From contig OY970303.1 of the NCBI GenBank assembly GCA_963716255.1, forward strand, positions 2,976,001 through 3,040,000: 64,000 nucleotides of DNA, read 5' to 3'. Under the pieces are notes generated by a model that ran no database searches, was not told the origin of the DNA, and worked only from the letters and a program-made list of their open reading frames with translations. Of this stretch, positions 33,901 through 41,603 are shown in pieces. The DNA is from an uncultured Gemmatimonadales bacterium (GTDB lineage Bacteria > Gemmatimonadota > Gemmatimonadetes > Longimicrobiales > Longimicrobiaceae). The first letter of the stretch is position 1; every line of letters starts with the position of its first letter. Both the position numbers and the translations under genes were made by a program.

Positions 33901-34754
33901 AGCGCGCGCACCGCGAGCGCGGTCTCCGGCGGCAGCCCGAAGCCCACGATGTGCCCCTCCGTGCCGGGGGCGGCCCCGCGGGGCCGGTCGACCGGGAGCT
34001 CCAGCAGCGGGGGAGCGTCCCCCAGCGTCCCGCGCCAGAAGGCGAGCTGCGCCTCCAGCGCGCCGCCGGCCAGCATCTCCTGCTGCCACAGCGCGTAGTC
34101 GGCGAACTGGATCTCCGGCTCGGGGAGCGGCGAAGGCTCCCCGCGCGCGAACGCCTCGGACAGCGCGGAGACCTCGCGCACCATCACCCCCACCGACCAC
34201 TCGTCGCTGACGATGTGGTGGGTGTTGACCATGAGCACCGAGTCGTCGCCGGCCAGGCGCAGCAGGGTGGCGCGCACCACGGGGCCGTGCTCCAGGTCGA
34301 AGGCCCGCATCCCCTCGGCGAGCAGGAGCCCGCGCATGACGCGCTCGCGGTCCGCCTGCGCGGCGCCGCGCAGGTCCACCACGGGAACGGGGAAGAAGCC
34401 GGGGGGCCGGACCTCCTGCACCGGCTCGCCGCCGCGCTCGGGGAAGGCGGTGCGCAGCGACTCGTGCCGGCGCACCAGCGCGGCGACGGCGCGGACCAGG
34501 GCGCCGGGGTCGAGCACGCCGCGCAGCCGCAGGAACGTGGGGACGTTGTAGGCGGGGCTGCCGGGCTCCATGCGGTCGAGCAGCCACATCCGCCGCTGCG
34601 CGGGGGAGAGCGGCACCGGCCCGTCCGCGGCGCGGGGGCGGATCGACGGCGCGCCGGAGCCCGCCCGGGCGGCGGCCTTCTCCTGGAGGAGACGCTGCAG
34701 CAGGAGCCGCCGCGCGGGGGAAAGTCCGTCCAGCGAGCCGGGCACGTCACTCAT
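24903..34754 (-). CDS. Trimodular NRPS (C-A-T)x3, 3283 aa
   Basis: ORF with three C, A and T motif sets and a purine-rich RBS (GGAAGGGAAG) upstream. Codes by eye DVLWMGGVFK, DAWFLGGTFK (Val/Ile/Leu-like) and DAMHVGGVTK (divergent). Confidence 0.96.
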   Translation of the reverse strand: MSDVPGSLDGLSPARRLLLQRLLQEKAAARAGSGAPSIRPRAADGPVPLSPAQRRMWLLDRMEPGSPAYNVPTFLRLRGVLDPGALVRAVAALVRRHESLRTAFPERGGEPVQEVRPPGFFPVPVVDLRGAAQADRERVMRGLLLAEGMRAFDLEHGPVVRATLLRLAGDDSVLMVNTHHIVSDEWSVGVMVREVSALSEAFARGEPSPLPEPEIQFADYALWQQEMLAGGALEAQLAFWRGTLGDAPPLLELPVDRPRGAAPGTEGHIVGFGLPPETALAVRALARAEGATLFMTLLALWQALLARWSGADDVSVGTPVAGRERREAEGLVGYLANTLVLRADLSDDPTGRALLARVREAVLEAHANQDVPFERLVEELAPERSLSHSPLFQVLFSLETFHGQGGMLGSLARTEMLGVGAGIPKFDLTLIATDLGERIHGRVSARAELFDVDTLVRLHARWEALAAGMAADPDLPLSAIPLLDDAERRMLLADWSATGAADPAPRPLHETFAAQAARRPHAAALVFGGATVTYGELDRRSAALARRLAALGVGPDVCVGVCMERSPAMVAGLLAVLRAGGAYVALDTQHPDERLAFMLADTRAPVLLTESGLAGRFAGFGGEVVLGEREHDTAEAGAPEPAVSAENLAYVIYTSGSTGTPKGTAVPHRAIPGFFRGADYARFDEAQVLLQHSSVSWDVLTLELWPALLTGGTCVLYPGRAAEPEELGRQVRAHGVTTLWLTSAFFNLVVDTCPELLGDVRQVMTGGEAVSAAHVRRALDLHPGLRLVNGYGPSECTVFSTAYVVPPGFGGASVPIGTPVGDRRVYLLDRRLEPVPVGVPGELYVGGPGVARGYLHRPELTAASFVPDPFGGEQGARLYRSGDRARWRADGTLEFVGRTDFQAKVRGFRVEPGEVEAALASHPGVREAVAVVREAAPGDRRLVGYVTARAGASLAPAELRGWLAGRLPEYMIPGALVVLEAMPLTPRGKVDRRALPAPGAPGEAGVHVAPRTQTEEVLAGVWAEVLGVERVGAADDFFALGGHSLLATRVASRLREAFGAEVPLRAVFEAPVLADLALRVDEVLREGAGVRVPPVVPVPRGGSLPLSFGQRRLWVVDQLQPGSPAYNVPTALRVRGPLRPRALARALAALAERHEALRTVFPASGGEPVQRVRPPAPVPLPVVDLAALPADRAGREALRLAGEEALRPFDLGAGPLLRSTLLHLGDEDRAVLFTLHHAVSDGWSVGVLTREVSELYAASAEGRAPALEPLPVQYADYAAWQHRWMSGEALDAQLAWWRGRLEGAPPLLELPVDRPRPARPDGRGAAVRVELPAALSERVRARARQRGATPFMALLAAWQALLARWSGVDDVVVGTPVAGRDRPEVEGLIGFFVNTLALRARVPADETFEGLLGRVREDVLGAFAHQDLPFERLVEALAPDREAGHTPLFQAIFALQTADAGELSLGGARVEPFGGGAAAAKYDLALELTDAGGRFAGGIVFRTELFDADTAGRLAARYAALLEGALADPGRRLADIPLFTPGERRVLVEEWGAPGATPAPAHTVPGLFAAQAARTPDAAALSFGGAATTYAELDRRSAALARELAARGVGPDARVGLCAERSAEMVVGMLAILRAGGAYLPLDPQYPAERLAYMLDDAGARVLLTDGAAGNRLAGFAGEVVALETPLPPAPSPARGEGEHDTPEAEGREALPQDWGRVASLGEPGGGALAAASEGSVSPESLACVIYTSGSTGTPKGVAVPHRGIVRLVRGADFAQFGPGDRVAQLANPVFDAATWEIWGALLNGGCVVGIDRETVLDPWELAEALRREGVTGAFLTATLFNQTVREVPDAFATVTHLLVGGEALDPPSLRACLEAGPPRRLVNGYGPTENTTFSTWHPVERVAEDAWTVPIGRPIAGSTAYVLDAAMEPAPVGWPGELCVGGLGVARGYLKRPDATAERFVPDPFAAEPRGGSRLYRTGDRARWSARGEIEFLGRMDQQVKVRGFRIEPGEIEAALAAHPAVREAAVAVRGEGAGRRLAGYVTVAEGEPAVGAGAALRAWLAERLPEYMVPAVVVVLETLPLTPGGKLDRQALPEVEAGEDAGAWVAPRTPMEEILAGIWGTVLDVERVGANGNFFELGGHSLLATVAISRVSEAFGVELPLRALFEAPTVAQMAERVAEAWRAGVAPPPPILPVPRGSDVPVSFAQRRLWLIDRLEPGTSAWNMPFPLRLRGALDVRVLERALAELVRRHESLRTVFPDVDGEPVQRILPAGPRPLAVVDLRCLPDGAREAAGRRLAGEEAARPFELARGPLLRSVLLRTTDEDWALLLTLHHIVSDGWSMQVLLREVSALYGAGVRGGPSPLPELPVQYADYAAWQRGWLTGGTLEAQLAFWRGALAGAPPLLELPAGRPRPLVQRHRGASRALHLPAALSDAVRALGREEGTTPFMTLLAAFAALLARYTGETDVVVGTPIAGRTRPETEGMIGYFLNTLALRTDVGGDPTFRELLGRVREATLGAYAHQDVPFEQLLEELAPARSLSHAPVFQVMFNFLNFADAGPTALPGVEMEMLGGGQAPARYDWNLYARETAGGIGLELVYDADLFEDARMGEALAHLAALLEAVVERPGLRVSDLPLAAPGARRAPGLPEDGRTFLPWAEDAAEQTLHARFAAQARLHPERLAVRTPRHSLTYAELDRAAGRAAAALLRASPGAGERAALLFAHDAPMLVGILGALRAGKAYVPLDPGQPRERSAGVLEDSGAAVLLADAEHAGRARELAAGRVPVVVLDDGAPEDEPPPPPPAGSPDGLAYLLYTSGSTGRPKGVAQSHRNVLHFIRAYTHNLRIGPDDVLTLFSSYTFDAAVMAIWGALLNGASLRPFDWRAEPAGDAAEWMRREGITLYHSTPTVFRHLAGALDGDEAFPAVRVVVLGGEEAQRRDWEAFRRHFPAGAVLVNGLGPTESTVTLQAFLDHEHGPRGAVLPVGLPVRDTDVLLVGAAGEQPAVYGAGEIVVRGAHLALGYWGRPETTAAAFVPDPAGGPLRAYRTGDLGRRLPDGSLEFLGRSDFQVKVRGVRVEPGEVEAALRAHPAVREVVVAPRADASGERRLVAWLVPAAPGGAPAAAELRGWARERVPEHMVPAAFVAVEALPLTSTGKVDRLALPDPEPAEARGYTAPRGVIEEMLAGIFAEVLKLERVGVHDDFFDLGGHSLLATQVVARVRTAMGVELPLRALFEAPSVAELAERALAAAPAAVVDDRQVDEEMEKLAAMSDEEVMRLLRATES
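29575..29701. repeat. Intragenic REP-like inverted doublet (A + B)
   Basis: Same two hairpin units. Encodes [43 protein letters not shown]. Confidence 0.88.
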
Positions 34755-34817
34755 CCGCAGCTTCCCTTCCTTCCGTCGTGACCGCCCCCCCGCGGGACGA
34801 AAAGCGAAAAACCAAAC

Positions 34818-37800
34818 TCAGTCCTCGCCGGCGAGGAGGCGGCGGACTTCCTCGTCCGACAGCCCGGACAGCATCTCCATCTCCGCGCGGACCTCCCACT
34901 CCTCGAGCGTGTCGGAGGCGTGCTCCTCCACCCACTCCGCCAGGGCGGCGACGGTGGGGCGCTCGAAGAAGGCGCGCAGCGGCACCTCCACCGCCAGCGC
35001 CGCCTCGATGCGCGCGATCACCCGCGCGGCCAGGAGCGAGTGCCCCCCCAGCGCGAAGAAGTCGTCGTGCACGCCCACGCGCTCGCGCCCCAGCACCGCG
35101 GCGAAGATCCCGGCGATCTGCTCCTCCACCTCGGTGCGGGGGTCGGCGGGCTCCGCTTCGCCGGCCGCGTCGGGGTCGGGGAGGGCGCGCCGGTCGGGCT
35201 TGCCGGTGGAGGTGAGGGGGACGGCGTCCACCGGCGCGAGGGCGGCGGGGACCATGTGCTCCGGCAGGCGCGCGCGCAGCCACCCGCGCAGCTCCGCGGC
35301 GCCGGGGGAAGCGCCGTCCGCCGGCACGAACCACCCCACCAGCCGCCGCTCCACGCCTTCGCCGCGGGCGGCGACCAGGGCGTCGCGGATCCCCGGGTGC
35401 CGCCGCAGGGCGGCCTCCACCTCGCCCGGCTCCACGCGGAAGCCGCGCACCTTGACCTGCGCGTCGGTGCGGCCCAGGAACTCCAGCGCCCCGCAGGGGA
35501 GCCGGCGCACCCGGTCGCCGGTGCGGTACAGCCGCGCGCCCGGCTCGTCCCCGAACGGATCGGGGACGAAGCGCCCGGCCGTGGCGTCCGGGCGGCCCGC
35601 GTAGCCGCGCGCCAGCAGGGGGCCGCCCAGGTACAGCTCGCCGGGGACGCCGGGGGGCGCCGGGCTCCCGCGCGCGTCCAGCACGTACGCGGCGCGCCCT
35701 GGCAGCGGCGCGCCGATGGGGGCGGACGCTCCCGCGCGGGCGTCCGGGAAGCCGGCGGGGACGTCGTGCACGGTCGCGCTCACCACCGCCTCGGTGGGGC
35801 CGTACACGTTGAGCAGCCGCGCGGGGGTGCGGACGCGCCCGCGCCAGGCGTGCACCGCGTCGGAGGGCATCACGTCGGCGCCCACGGCCATGACGCGCAG
35901 CCCGGGGAGCTCCACGTCCTCCGCCGCCTCCGCGACCTCGCGCCAGAACGCCGGGGCCAGGTTGGCGACGGTGATCCCCAGCTCCCTCGCCCGCGCCGGC
36001 CAGGCGGCCGGCGTCCACGCCTCCGGCCCGCGCAGCACCAGCGTCGCCCCGGCCAGCAGGGGGACGAGGGTCTGCTCCAGCGCCACGTCGAACCCCGGCG
36101 CGGCGAACTGGAGCACCCGGTCGCCCGGCGCGATCCCCAGCACTCGAGCGAAGACCTGGAAGTGCTCGGCCGCCGCGCGGTGCTCCACGGCCACGCCCCG
36201 CGGGGTGCCGGTGGAGCCGGAGGTGTAGACGACGTAGGCCAGGTTCTCGGGAAACAGGGAACAGCCTGCAACGGCGGCCTCACCCTCGGATCCGTCGTTC
36301 TCCCCCTCCCCCCTTGCGGGGGAGGGGGCCGGGGGGAGGGGGGTAGCTCCGTCCACCACCACGACCTCCCCCCCGAACCCCTCCACGCGCTCCGCCAGCC
36401 GCGCGTCGGTCACCAGCACCGAGACGCCCGCGTCGGCGGCGATCCAGGCCAGGCGCTCCACCGGGTAGGCGGGGTCCAGCGGGACGTAGACGCCGCCGGC
36501 CTGCAGGACGCCGAGCATCGCGGCCACCAGCTCCGGGCTCCATTCCAGGCAGACGCCCACGCGCGCCTCGGGGACCACGCCGCGGCCGCGCAGCTCCGCG
36601 GCGAGCGCGCCGGCGCGCCGGGCCAGCTCGGCGTAGGTCAGCGTGTCCCCGCCGGACACCAGCGCGGGGGCGGCGGGGGCGAGGGCGGCGGCCTCGGCGA
36701 AGCGGGCCGGCAGGGTGGCGGCGGGCGCGCGCGCCTCCGCGGGGGCGAGAGAGGCGCGCAGCACATGCTCGCGCTCCTCGGGGGCGAGCAGGTCCAGCTC
36801 CCACACGCGCGCCCCGGGGGCGGCGGCCATGGCGGCGAGCAGGCGCTCCAGCCGCTCCACCATGCGCGCCGCGGTGGCGGCGGCGAACAGCTCGCTGCGG
36901 AAGGACAGCGCGCCGGTGATCCGCTCCCCGTCGTCGGCGAGGCCCAGGGACAGGTCGAACTTGGCGGACCCGGCGTCCGTGCCCATGGACGTCACCTCCA
37001 GCTCGCCCAGCCGCAGCTCGCCGCGCTCCGTGTTGTTGAGCGACAGCATGGCCTGGAAGAAGGGCGTGTGCCGCAGCGAGCGCTCGGGAGCCAGCTCCTC
37101 CACCAGCTTCTCGAAGGGCACCTCCTGGTGCGCGAAGGCGCCCAGCACCGTTTCCCTCACGCGCCCCAGCAGCTCCCGCACGGTGGGGTCGCCGGACAGG
37201 TCGGTGCGCATCACCAGCGTGTTGACGAAGAAGCCCACCACCCCCTCCAGCTCGCGCCGCGGCCGCCCCGCGACCACCGTCCCCACGCTCACGTCCTCCT
37301 CCCCGGCGTAGCGGGCCAGGAGCGCCTGCCAGGCGGCGAGCAGCACCATGAACGAGGTGGCGTCCGTGTCGCGCGCCAGCTCCCGCACCGCGCGGACGAC
37401 GTCCGCGGACAGGCGCACGGCATGGGCGCCCCCCGCGGCGGAGGGGCGGGCGGGGCGCGGGCGGTCCACCGGGAGGTCGAGCACGGGGGGCGCGCCGGCC
37501 AGCCGGGCGCGCCACCAGGCGACCTGCTTCTCCAGGGGCTCGCCGGACAGCCGCTCGCGCTGCCACACGGCGAAGTCGGCGTACTGCACCGGCAGCGCGG
37601 GGAGCGGCGACGCCTCGCCCGCGCGGAAGGCGGCGTACAGGGCGGACACCTCGCGCGTCAGGATGCCGGTGCTCCACCCGTCGGAGACCACGTGGTGCAC
37701 GACCAGGGCGAGCCGCCAGTCGTCCTCGTCCGTCCTCACCAGAAGCGCCCGGAAGAGCGGACCGCGCGCGAGGTCGAAGGGGCGCGACCGCTCCGCGTCC

Positions 37801-38228
37801 AGCAGCGCCCGGGCCGCGGCGGCGCGCTCCGCTTCGGGGAGGGCGCGCAGGTCCACGACGGGGAGCCGCGCGGGCCCGGCGGGGAGGATGGTCTGCACCG
37901 GCTCGTCGCCCGCCAGGGCGAACACGGTGCGCAGCGACTCCTGCCGCCGCACCGTCTCGGTGAGCGCGCGCCGCAGCGTCCGCGCGTCGAGCTCGCCGCG
38001 GAGCCGCAGCACGTGGGGGATGTTGTAGGCGGGGCTCCCCGGCTCCATCCGGTCGATGAACCACAGGCGCTGCTGCGCGAAGGAGAGCGGCGCGGGGCCG
38101 CCGCCCTCCCGCGGGCGGATCTCCTGCGCGGATCCGCCCGCGCCCGCCCGCTCCAGGAGCATGCGCTGCAGGAGGATGCGGCGCTCGGGGGAGAGCCCGG
38201 CGAAACGCTCGGGTACGGCATCGCTCAT
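34818..38228 (-). CDS. Monomodular NRPS C-A-T, 1136 aa
   Basis: [36 protein letters not shown] and GGHSLLA present, with docking-like termini. Code by eye DVENAGVVSK. Confidence 0.96.
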   Translation of the reverse strand: MSDAVPERFAGLSPERRILLQRMLLERAGAGGSAQEIRPREGGGPAPLSFAQQRLWFIDRMEPGSPAYNIPHVLRLRGELDARTLRRALTETVRRQESLRTVFALAGDEPVQTILPAGPARLPVVDLRALPEAERAAAARALLDAERSRPFDLARGPLFRALLVRTDEDDWRLALVVHHVVSDGWSTGILTREVSALYAAFRAGEASPLPALPVQYADFAVWQRERLSGEPLEKQVAWWRARLAGAPPVLDLPVDRPRPARPSAAGGAHAVRLSADVVRAVRELARDTDATSFMVLLAAWQALLARYAGEEDVSVGTVVAGRPRRELEGVVGFFVNTLVMRTDLSGDPTVRELLGRVRETVLGAFAHQEVPFEKLVEELAPERSLRHTPFFQAMLSLNNTERGELRLGELEVTSMGTDAGSAKFDLSLGLADDGERITGALSFRSELFAAATAARMVERLERLLAAMAAAPGARVWELDLLAPEEREHVLRASLAPAEARAPAATLPARFAEAAALAPAAPALVSGGDTLTYAELARRAGALAAELRGRGVVPEARVGVCLEWSPELVAAMLGVLQAGGVYVPLDPAYPVERLAWIAADAGVSVLVTDARLAERVEGFGGEVVVVDGATPLPPAPSPARGEGENDGSEGEAAVAGCSLFPENLAYVVYTSGSTGTPRGVAVEHRAAAEHFQVFARVLGIAPGDRVLQFAAPGFDVALEQTLVPLLAGATLVLRGPEAWTPAAWPARARELGITVANLAPAFWREVAEAAEDVELPGLRVMAVGADVMPSDAVHAWRGRVRTPARLLNVYGPTEAVVSATVHDVPAGFPDARAGASAPIGAPLPGRAAYVLDARGSPAPPGVPGELYLGGPLLARGYAGRPDATAGRFVPDPFGDEPGARLYRTGDRVRRLPCGALEFLGRTDAQVKVRGFRVEPGEVEAALRRHPGIRDALVAARGEGVERRLVGWFVPADGASPGAAELRGWLRARLPEHMVPAALAPVDAVPLTSTGKPDRRALPDPDAAGEAEPADPRTEVEEQIAGIFAAVLGRERVGVHDDFFALGGHSLLAARVIARIEAALAVEVPLRAFFERPTVAALAEWVEEHASDTLEEWEVRAEMEMLSGLSDEEVRRLLAGED
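36302..36343. repeat. Intragenic REP-like unit B singlet
   Basis: ccccctccccccttgcgggggagggggccggggggagggggg. Encodes [15 protein letters not shown]. Confidence 0.85.
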
Positions 38229-38235
38229 CGCTCGC

Positions 38236-41200
38236 TCACCCTTCTCCCAGGAGGCGCATGACTTCCTCGTCCGACATCTCCTCCAGACGGGCGAACTCCT
38301 CGTCCACCTCCCACCCCTCCAGCTCCTCCGCGGGGCGGGCGGCCGCGATCCACGCGGCGACCCCGGCCACCGTGGGCGACTCGAAGACCACGCGCAGCGG
38401 CACCTCCATCGCCAGCTCCTTCTGGAGGCGCGCGACGACGCGGGTGGCCAGCAGCGAGTGCCCGCCCAGGTCGAAGAAGTCGTCGTGCGCGCCCACGCGC
38501 TGCGCCCCCAGCACCTCGGCGAAGAGCGCGGCCACCCGCTCCTCCAGCTCGCCGGCGGGCGCCACGTACGCCTGCTCCGCCGCGGCCCCCTCGGGGGCGG
38601 GGAGGGCGAGGCGGTCGACCTTGCCGCTCCCGGTGAGCGGGAACGAATCCAGCGCCACGAAGGCGGAGGGAACCATGTACTCCGGCAGCCGCTCGCGCAT
38701 CCAGCCGCGCAGCGCGTGGGCGGACACGGCGGCGGCGCCCTCGCCGGGGAGCAGGTAGGCCACCAGCCGCCGCTCGCCGGGCGCGCCCGGGGCGGCGTCC
38801 TCGCGGACCACGGCCACGGCGTCCCGCACCCCGGGATGCTCCCGCAGCGCGGCCTCGACGTCGCCCAGCTCGATGCGGAAGCCCCGCACCTTGACCTGGA
38901 AGTCGGTGCGCCCCAGGTACTCCAGCGTGCCGTCCGGGAGCCAGCGGACGCGGTCCGTCACCCGGTACATCCGCGACCCGGCGGGCCCGAAGGGGGCGGG
39001 GACGAAGCGCTCGGCGGTCAGGTCCGGGCGGCCGGCGTAGCCGCGCGCCAGCCCGTCGCCGGCCAGGAACAGCTCGCCCACGACGCCCTCCGGCACGGGC
39101 TCCAGCCCGGCGTCCAGCACGTACGCCCGCGTCCCGGCCACCGGCCGCCCCACCCGCATGCGCTCGGCGTCCCGCTCCACCCGCCAGTAGGTGGAGTAGG
39201 TGGTGTCCTCGGTGGGGCCGTACAGGTTCCCCACCGTTTCCACGGTGCCCAGGGCGTACAGCGCCCGCGCCAGCTCCGGGGGGAGCGCCTCGCCGCCCAG
39301 GTTCAGCGTCCGCACGCTGGGCGGAATGCCTTCCATCCGCAGCAGCTCGGCGGCCGCCGTGGGGACCATGCTGGCGTGGACGATCCCCGCGTCCCGCATC
39401 TCCGCGAGGGCCAGCGCGTTCTCCGCCAGGTGCAGCGTGCCGCCCCAGGCCAGCGTGCCGAACACCTCGGCCACGGACACGTCGAAGCTGACGGAGGTGG
39501 AGAACAGGGTCGCGGCGCGCTCCGCGTCGGAAACGGTCTCGCGCAGCCAGTGCAGCAGGACCACCACGGACGAGTGGCGGACCATCACCCCCTTTGGCCG
39601 GCCGGTGGACCCCGAGGTGAAGATGACGTGCGACAGGTTCTCGGGGTCCGTGCCGCTCTCCGGCGCCGCGTCCGGCGCCGCCTCGATGCGCTCGCGGTCG
39701 GCGTCCAGCAGCACCGCGGTGGGATGCTCCTCCGGCAGGCGATCGGCCAGGTGAGACATCGTCACCACGGCGGCGGCGCGCGCGTCCTCCAGCACGTGGG
39801 CCAGGCGGGCGCGGGGGTACGCCGGGTCCACCGGCACGTAGGCGCCGCCCGCCCGCAGCACTCCCAGAAGCGCCACCACCAGCTCCGGGGTACGCTCCAG
39901 GCACACCCCCACCTGGGTCTCCGGCCCCACCCCCCGGAGGCGCAGGTGGTTCGCCAGGCGCGCGGACCAGCGGTCGAGCTCGGCGTAGCTGACCGTCTCG
40001 CCGCGGAAGCGGAGCGCGGGCGCGTCCGGGGTGCGCCGCGCCTGGGCCGCGAACAGGTCGTGGACGCAGGCGCCGGCGGGATGGCCGGGGGCGGTGGCGC
40101 TCCACTCCTCCAGCACCCGGGCGCGCTCGGCGGCGCCCAGCATGGGGAGCTCCGCCACGGGCCGCTCCGGCGCCGCGGCGAGGGCGGCGAGCAGGTTCTG
40201 GAGGTGCTCGCACATGCGCTCCACGGTGGCCCCGTCCCACAGCGAGGTGCGGAAGGTGATCTGCGCGTCCACGTGTTCGCCCTCCTCCTCGGCGGTGAGG
40301 CGCAGGTCGAACTTGGCCACTTCCCCGCCGCGCCCCATGGGCTCCGCGCCCAGCGCGCCCAGCCGCACCTCGGCGCGCCCCTGGTTGTGGAGGACGAACA
40401 TCACCTGGAAGAGCGGGGTGTGCTGGAGCGAGCGCTCGGGGGCCAGCTCCTCCACCAGCTTCTCGAAGGGCACTTCCTGGTGCGCGAAGGCGCCCAGCAC
40501 CATCTCGCGCACCCGCCCCAGCAGCTCCCGCCCGGTGGGGCGGTCGCCCAGCTCGGTGCGCAGCACCAGGGTGTTGACGAAGAAGCCGATCAGCGGCTCC
40601 AGCTCGCGCCGCGTCCGCCCCGCCAGCGAGGTGCCCACGCTCACGTCCGGCTGCCCGCTCCAGCGCGCCAGGAGCAGCTGCCAGCCGGCCAGCAGCACCA
40701 TGAACAGGGTGGCGCCCTCGTCGCGGGCGAGGGCGCGCAGCCCGCGGGTCGTCTCCGCGCGCAGGTGGAAGCCGCGCACGTCGGCCCCGGGGGCGAGCCC
40801 GGGCGGACGCGGCCGGTCGACCGGGAGGTCGAGCACGGGGGGGGCGCCGGCCAGCCGCTCGCGCCACCAGCCGAGCTGCTCCTCCAGCCGCTCGCCGGAC
40901 AGGTACTCGCGCTGCCACACGGCGAAGTCGGCGTACTGCACCGGCAGCGGCGGGAGCGGCGAGGGCCGCCCGGCCGTGACCGCCTCGTACAGCGCCGACA
41001 CCTCGTTCACCAGCACCCCGTTGGACCAGCCGTCGGAAACGATGTGGTGGAGGGTGAGGAGCAGCCCGTGCGCCTCGTCGCCCAGCCGCAGCAGCGTCGC
41101 GCGGAAGAGCGGCCCGCGGGCCAGGTCCATGGGGAGCATGGACTCGGCGTACAGCCACCGCCCGGCCTCGATGTCGCGCGCCCCGTCGGCCAGGCCGGAC

Positions 41201-41577
41201 AGGTCCACGACGGGGAGCGGGACGGGCGCGGGGGGGAGCACCACCTGCACCGGCTCGCCGTCCACCTCGGGAAAGACGGTGCGCAGCGACTCCTGCCGCC
41301 GCGCCACGCCGGTGAGCGCGCGCCGCAGCGCGCCGCGGTCCAGACGGCCGCGCAGCAGCAGGGCGTGGGGGATGTTGTAGGCGGGGCTCCCGGGATCCAG
41401 CCGGTCCATGAACCACAGGCGCTGCTGCGCGAAGGAGAGCGGGGCCGGACCGTCCGTCCCCCGCGGCCGGATCTCCTGCGTGGAGCCCGCCGCGCCCGCC
41501 CGCTCCAGCAGCATGCGCTGGAGCAGGAGACGCCGCTCCTGAGAAAGGTTCGCCAGCCGGTCCGGCACTCCGCTCAT
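38236..41577 (-). CDS. Monomodular NRPS C-A-T, 1113 aa
   Basis: [40 protein letters not shown] and GGHSLLA present; AAGGAG RBS upstream. Code by eye DVASNGLTYK, related to the Ala-type DLFNNALTYK. Confidence 0.96.
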   Translation of the reverse strand: MSGVPDRLANLSQERRLLLQRMLLERAGAAGSTQEIRPRGTDGPAPLSFAQQRLWFMDRLDPGSPAYNIPHALLLRGRLDRGALRRALTGVARRQESLRTVFPEVDGEPVQVVLPPAPVPLPVVDLSGLADGARDIEAGRWLYAESMLPMDLARGPLFRATLLRLGDEAHGLLLTLHHIVSDGWSNGVLVNEVSALYEAVTAGRPSPLPPLPVQYADFAVWQREYLSGERLEEQLGWWRERLAGAPPVLDLPVDRPRPPGLAPGADVRGFHLRAETTRGLRALARDEGATLFMVLLAGWQLLLARWSGQPDVSVGTSLAGRTRRELEPLIGFFVNTLVLRTELGDRPTGRELLGRVREMVLGAFAHQEVPFEKLVEELAPERSLQHTPLFQVMFVLHNQGRAEVRLGALGAEPMGRGGEVAKFDLRLTAEEEGEHVDAQITFRTSLWDGATVERMCEHLQNLLAALAAAPERPVAELPMLGAAERARVLEEWSATAPGHPAGACVHDLFAAQARRTPDAPALRFRGETVSYAELDRWSARLANHLRLRGVGPETQVGVCLERTPELVVALLGVLRAGGAYVPVDPAYPRARLAHVLEDARAAAVVTMSHLADRLPEEHPTAVLLDADRERIEAAPDAAPESGTDPENLSHVIFTSGSTGRPKGVMVRHSSVVVLLHWLRETVSDAERAATLFSTSVSFDVSVAEVFGTLAWGGTLHLAENALALAEMRDAGIVHASMVPTAAAELLRMEGIPPSVRTLNLGGEALPPELARALYALGTVETVGNLYGPTEDTTYSTYWRVERDAERMRVGRPVAGTRAYVLDAGLEPVPEGVVGELFLAGDGLARGYAGRPDLTAERFVPAPFGPAGSRMYRVTDRVRWLPDGTLEYLGRTDFQVKVRGFRIELGDVEAALREHPGVRDAVAVVREDAAPGAPGERRLVAYLLPGEGAAAVSAHALRGWMRERLPEYMVPSAFVALDSFPLTGSGKVDRLALPAPEGAAAEQAYVAPAGELEERVAALFAEVLGAQRVGAHDDFFDLGGHSLLATRVVARLQKELAMEVPLRVVFESPTVAGVAAWIAAARPAEELEGWEVDEEFARLEEMSDEEVMRLLGEG

Positions 41578-41582
41578 CCGGT

Positions 41583-41590
41583 CTCCTTCC
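41583..41590 (-). promoter_or_regulatory. Ribosome-binding site of the 41577 gene
   Basis: Minus strand GGAAGGAG-accgg-ATG. Confidence 0.6.
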
Positions 41591-41603
41591 GCTCTCGCGG
41601 CAG

